A stretch of 64,000 nt of DNA. Origin: Rhynchobatus australiae. Lineage: Eukaryota. Position 1 is the stretch's first letter. Each line of letters opens with the position of its first letter. Below, one piece after another: positions 57,961 to 64,000 of this stretch. The translations under genes were made by a program, and so were the position numbers. The DNA is taken from the NCBI GenBank assembly GCA_034780895.1, contig JAUZTB010000073.1:10223658-10287657 (forward strand). The letters are read 5' to 3'. Below the pieces are notes generated by a model. The model saw nothing but the letters and a program-made list of their open reading frames with translations, searched no databases and was not told the origin of the DNA.

Positions 57961-60739
57961 AATCCTACATTGTCACATCCTTCAACACTCTCTCAGTTTC
58001 TCAATCTCAGTTAGTGAGGATGCAAATAAGTTACAGGGAAGGTTTAGTTCTGTTAATTCTGTTCCCCAGACAACCTCCCATTCATTGTTAATTAATTCTC
58101 TCACTGACCCAGAAGTCCAGCATAAATAATACACTCAAGCTTCCTTGCATTGTTCAGCAAGATAAACATTCTTGAAGCAAGAAAATAATAAGGCAAGATA
58201 TTAATTGTATGAAAACATAATCCAATTAATGAGAATAAATAATTTGTACTCAAAATGCTAATAAAAAATGTGGAAATTCAAAACATAGCATTGTTCCAAC
58301 AATATATTAGCACACACTAAAAAAAATCAATTTGTATTCAAGACAAATTTTCATTCAGCAAAAACATCCCAATTAGAATAAAAACCTAATTTGTTTCATT
58401 TGGATGACCTTGCATATTTACACATGACTGATGTTGAAGACTGGGTCAACCCAGCAGAAGCCAGCAATGATTGCAAACCACTGATCATTTTGACCATGCA
58501 GTTGCAATACTCACAAATTTAATAAAAATAAGTTCATTATTTGGCTTTGAATTAAATCATGAAAAATTTGTCAGGAAGATAGATGTATTTTAATAGTTTT
58601 GTTAGCTTGCTGAAAGTACTAAGTGGCAGAAANNNNNNNNNNNNNNNNNNNNNNNNNNNNNNNNNNNNNNNNNNNNNNNNNNNNNNNNNNNNNNNNNNNN
58701 NNNNNNNNNNNNNNNNNNNNNNNNNNNNNNNNNNNNNNNNNNNNNNNNNNNNNNNNNNNNNNNNNNNNNNNNNNNNNNNNNNNNNNNNNNNNNNNNNNNN
58801 NNTGCAGTTAAATTAATTGAAAAATTGGAAGTAAAGAGTTTTTTTTAGTCATGTACAGATTTCAGTAAGCTCTTGAATTGTTATGAAACTTATCTGCTCA
58901 CTGGACTTGGTATTCTTACGTGGTCTGACCTGTACATGTTTCCAATCAGTCTGTACATGGTAAATGTTTATTCATGCTTAGGATTATTTCAACAATAAAT
59001 AAACTTCAACTGCATATCCTTGCTCTTCATCTTCCTAGTTCCCCATTTCAGTTCTGCTACAACTGTTTCCTTTTTTCCTCATGACTGCTTCCTCACTCCC
59101 TTCACGTTAATTCTGCTTTGACACTACAAAATTAGTTAATAAGTGAAAACAATCTTTGCTGATAGTCTTTAAGACAATTGCTGTAATATTTTTTCAATGC
59201 CTAGAATGTTTTGTAAATTAACACCCTTCTCCAAAGCCCAGCTTTTTCCTTCACTGTTCATTGCTACTGAACATTTCTTTGTGTCTCGATGAATGATCTC
59301 TGCCTCTCTCTTGCACAAGTTGATTGACCAAGGCACATCAGGAGAATATTTACATCCCATGAGTGCAAATTGTCAGAAGCTGAAGGAGTATTAAAAGGGA
59401 GATTTGATTGATGTGTTCTCATCTTTATGTAATCTCTAAAATGTACACATTGAAACAAATCTCAAATATTAGAAAACACTTGCAAAATGTTGTCAGAGTC
59501 TTAATATCTCTCAGTAGCTGATACCTACTCCATTGATTACAATGTGTTGAAAGGCAAGCAGCCTTGAGGGAAGGCTGAAACCATATAGTTCAGTTCTCCT
59601 CTGTCACACCTCAATACACTGAATGCTTCAATCATCCCAGAAAGACAGGAACAGTCTCAGTTAATACATCTTTAAAAAGCATAGGTTTCATCCCAATAAT
59701 ACGTATTTTGTGCTGGAAACTTCTGTTTGACAATAAATTGATTCTTGCAATGCCCTCAAGTGTTCTAAGAACAATCCAAAAGATCACTAGACTTGTGAGC
59801 AACTAAAATGGAAGGAACTGGTTTCTTCCTGTTGGTTTCACCCACTTCTGGTCTGCTAAATTGCTGCTGGATTTTGCTCTGATGCCAAATTGGGGACCAC
59901 CAAAAAAAATGATATTATTGGGATGACCTTGCTTTATGAAATCATTACCATAACAGTAGAGAGTGATAAAATTCAACATTTTGCTCTCTCCATGGCAACC
60001 ACTCAGATGAGATTGGCCTGAGGTAAACAAGCGGGGTGGAGGAGTATGGAGGTTAGGGGAAGATAAAAATTGGAGCATGGGAGGGAGAGAGAGGAAGGAG
60101 AAATCAGTGCTATGGAAAGGTTCAATGGTGGGATGACGGAAGGCCTTCACGTTATCCCATGGCATGATCAGGCTCATGACTGGGCTACTCCATTACAGTC
60201 ATTGGGGCCACAATGTGGGAAAATAATAGGAAGAAGAGATGACTGTGCAGTGGATGCCTCGGCCACAGCAGACAAGGAGTGGGCCAATCTTGTGCTCTGC
60301 CATGGATTTCCCCAAGCCCTCTCCATGGTCATAGTTGGAGGCAATTGTGACCTGAAGATATTAGTCCAGAGATGCTTTGATCTGTGCTTAGAGCTGCAGC
60401 AATGAGATTTTCAATGTATTAGACTGACTGGCACAGATTTATAAAATGGAAAGTAAGTGTCCCAGCCAAATCCTGTTAATTCATGCATGATCCACAAAAC
60501 CTTCAGCGTAATATACTTGTTGAAATGTGAACTGATAATGAAGGTGGCTACCATTTCATCCAATTTCTATTGATAAGTAATCAATGGGCACCAAGCCTGG
60601 TGATACGTTGTCAAATATGTGAAATATGACAGGGCAATTACATCAACGTTAGGGTAAATCATGGCAGTGAGTGCCTGGTCTAAACTGCCAAGACAAGTCG
60701 CAAACACTCCAAAACATGTGCTGGATATATTTTTTATGC

Positions 60740-61295
60740 ATGAACTACGCATGAAATATGGACCTATTTGCAGCATTTTTTTAAGGCACCGGTCTTGAAC
60801 ACAATTTAAAATAACTTTAAAATGAAACAAGAAATTATACAAAGTTGGGTTGGACTTCTCAGATTCAAAAAGATGAGAGGACCATTTGATCAAAGCTTTC
60901 AAGTTTTTAAGGGGAGTCAAAATGATAAATTGATGCAAACTACTTGGGTGGGACTAGGGAACAGAGCCAAAAAGTGCAAGCCAGGAGTGAAGTTAGAAAC
61001 ACTTGCAAATGTAAGTGTTTCTAACTTCACTCTNNNNNNNNNNNNNNNNNNNNNNNNNNNNNNNNNNNNNNNNNNNNNNNNNNNNNNNNNNNNNNNNNNN
61101 NNNNNNNNNNNNNNNNNNNNNNNNNNNNNNNNNGTGACTAGGGAACATAGCCAAAAAGTGAAAGCCAGTAGTGAAGTTAGAAACACTTGAAAATGTAAGT
61201 GTTTCTAACTTCACTCTTCTGTGCAAGGCAGTTGATGATGAATCATTTGTTCATTTTAAATCAATACTCAAAGATTTCTGCTGACCTAAGGGATA
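60740..61295 (+). mobile_element. Decayed CR1 3' region containing a perfect hairpin and a 100-N gap
   Basis: KVGLDFS.SKR.RGD.IK.FQ.LRG..DK, GTREH, and gagtgaagttagaaacactt (R.EVRKHF) motifs. Confidence 0.75.
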
Positions 61296-61296
61296 G

Positions 61297-61524
61297 AGTC
61301 ATAGAGGTACAGAAACAGGCCAAACTGTAATAGGGGCAATTTAAGGTAGACCATGAACCAATCAACCAGTATGTCTTTGGGGTATGGGAAGAAACTGGAG
61401 CACCCGGGGAAAAGCCCAGCAGTCACAAAGAGAACATGCAAACTCCAAATTGCAAGCACCCAAGGTCAGGATCAAATCTGGGTCTTCGGAGCACTGAAGC
61501 AGCAGCACTAACAGCTGCACCGCT
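61297..61524 (-). mobile_element. HE1-like V-SINE
   Basis: gtctttgggg.atgggaagaaactggagcacccgggg.aaa.ccc..cagtcaca..gagaacatgcaaactcca, reversed B box ggatcaaatctggg, and CR1-type tail catagag..acagaaacaggcc. Confidence 0.88.
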
Positions 61525-61954
61525 TTCAGGTAACCAGAATAAGGTAAAAGGTTCATCATGGTCTTAGTGACTGGTGGTTAACTGGCCCATTCCTATTCCT
61601 ATACCCCTTCAGAGAGTGCTGCAGAGTTAGAAGTGCATGTGTTCGAAGATAGCAAAGTCTGCCTGATGCATCTAGGCTAAATGACTGGCATGGGTAGAGA
61701 GAAAACCAAAGGTACAGGGTTTAAGTTTGGGTTTAACAGCAGCTAATGCTGACTTCCCCTTCAGTATTAAGTTGCAATAATTACTTTCCATATGGACTGC
61801 CCATTACATTTGGCAGGTGAATGAATCTATCACGCATTTTGTGACCAGTCACCATTGGATTCACTGTCATGATTGGGGCGCATTAATTCACTTTGCACTC
61901 TCTCCTGGACTACAATGCATTCCAGTGGATTGTCTGCCTGCCATTCCATTACAC

Positions 61955-62245
61955 ATTTTGAGATGTAAAACTAAAATCCAGTCCGCCAGTTCAAAGCTGC
62001 AGGGGGAGCTCCCATGGCATTAAGCAGATTAGAGTCTTGAACCAGGCTCTATCAACCTCCACCCTGGAAAACAAAACCCAATCAATTTGTCATTAGTTGT
62101 TTGTGGCAAGTTCTCAGGGACAAATTGGCTGCCACTTTGCTTACATTAGAAGTGATTGCATTTCATGCGTTTCATCAGTCATACTTCATTGGGCAAAATG
62201 AAATGTGCTGCGGCACAATATGCAGCACATGCAAATTCTTTCTTT
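61955..62245 (+). mobile_element. Deu-domain SINE relic (SacSINE1/AmnSINE-like)
   Basis: tcccatggca..tgtttgtgg..caaattggctgcc..tacatta..agtga..tacttcattgg..atgcaaattctttcttt. Confidence 0.7.
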
Positions 62246-64000
62246 CATCAGGCTATGTTGGAGTTTATTCTGCCAGACAATTTCATTTATAAAGAGGATT
62301 TTATGAAAAGCAACATTTCGAAATCATTGTTTTGAAAATTCCAACTGAGTCTCCAACAATCTAATTTTTTTATCTGTTTAAAGTTGCCAGTGTAGCTGAC
62401 AAAAGAGGCACCATTAATTGTTTGCACAAAGCATTTCCACTAAAGCCAAGGACCTTAGAAGAATATTTTTCTCCATATCTTGCAAAAGCACAGCATGGGA
62501 TGTTGTCGTGATATTCATTTGTCATTAGGAAGAATTGTAATTATCCACATTTGAAATTCATTGGATTTACAAGTTCCCACTAGAGTGTAGTCTTGAAAAA
62601 GTACAGAAACTTCAGACTGCCTGAGGCAGTATAGGTTGAATGCTCTCNNNNNNNNNNNNNNNNNNNNNNNNNNNNNNNNNNNNNNNNNNAACAACAGCAT
62701 TTAAAATGGGCTAGAAGTCATAAGTCTGTTCTCACAGTACTACTTTCCACAAAATATTATTTTTATAGTTTGTTGTTTTTTAGATATTTATACTGCTTGC
62801 AGTAAATCACAGCATATATTTTATGGCAATAAAGGTGTGATTTAACAGGCAATTCATTAACTGTTCTATAATTATCATCAAATAAAATGGAACAAGAATT
62901 TAGGTATCCTTCAGAGAAAATCTATTGGCATTCGTGATGCATAAGCAACAAGCATATGTTTAATATGGAAAGCCCAAAGGTTTGTTGCATTGAAGGTGCT
63001 GCACTAGCACAATGATGTTGTTGTAATATGTGATAATTGCAGGAAGGATATGAATATCCAAGACTTCGTTGAACAATTAATCAGCCTCCAATAGAGTCAC
63101 TTGATAAGTTTGAGGATATACAGGCAGATCATGGTTAACATTTAAGTACCCGTGATACATATTGAAAGTGTTTGCAGTATCATTTACATTTGGCAAGTTA
63201 TGATGGCTGGAAATTAGGTCATGTGGTGCTTGGTATTCTTTGATATTGCCATATATATAGAAACAAAACCATACAGCGATATGTGTGTACACACACTGAA
63301 CTACCAGTTGTACCGCACTTGAATGGACATATAAAAGTGTGCAAGTACATGCACCCATTTGGTGCCGGGCCTCGTGAATTCAAGGCCCATGAGAGACTAT
63401 CAGGGTGAGGAAGTTTAGTTAGAGAGAGGATGGTGGGTGGGTGATGCCAGCTTTCTCCCTCAGAGGGGTAGAGGCAAGGCTTGAGGAGCAAGTATGGATC
63501 AAGATAATTAGGCCTAGTTCTGTTGCCAGTCAGGGAGAGGACTGATGGCGGTGGGTCATAAGTGGGGGTTGGAGGTAGACTCTCAGTGTTACGGGTTGGA
63601 CAACAAGAGAATCAAATGGGGTAGCCACAGCAATGGTTAGAGAAAGCAGTGGCTGAAGTGGGTGAGATTTAATCGGTAGGGATGGTTATTGATCAGGTGG
63701 GCCTGAAGATGTTGACAGAAAGACAGGTTTGTGAGTGGGGTGTCTGGAAGACACTGGCATAGCAAGTCTCAACCCACTGGTTAGGGGGTGCATTCATCGA
63801 AGCCCACAAGGTATGAGTCTCTCAGAACTACAAAACAATTGTCAGCATGACATCACATGTTTTTTGACATCACTGTGAATGCCAGGTGGTCACTGAGCTG
63901 GGTGCTTAATGCTCACAGCTAACCAAGATTAAAAACCCAAAAGTACACTGCAGTCAGGTTTTTGATATAATTCCATCGCATAGCACACAGAACCTTTAGT

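Noticed and set aside
57143-58129. ORFs of 162, 88 and 146 aa
   Set aside because: By-products of a pyrimidine-rich tract poor in stop codons; Ser/Leu/Pro/Phe-biased.

Overview
Vertebrate, gene-poor, CpG-depleted non-coding DNA from a gapped draft assembly. Several gaps are exactly 100 N with duplicated flanks. The repeat content points to a cartilaginous fish, probably a ray or relative (inference): HER1/CR1 LINE 3' ends, HE1-like V-SINEs, Deu- and Meta-type SINE relics, Penelope-derived foldback elements, and RTE and L2 relics. No intact protein-coding gene is visible. There is one plausible unassigned minus-strand exon (15526-15622), and several repeat-free AT-rich blocks look like conserved non-coding elements, so this is probably a very large intron or gene desert. 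The notable structures are: a decayed two-gene PIF/Harbinger transposon (DDE transposase + convergent Myb/SANT gene, ~4.7-7.2 kb); a ~230-bp long inverted repeat with a 42-nt perfect core around a 1.1-kb spacer (38.65-40.2 kb); mobile palindromic Penelope-derived elements with decayed hammerhead-like cores; a perfect 20-bp hairpin created inside a CR1 relic; an A/B dimeric minisatellite; two unexplained local duplications; and several isolated palindromic or phased motifs. Family names come from by-eye motif recognition, not database searches.
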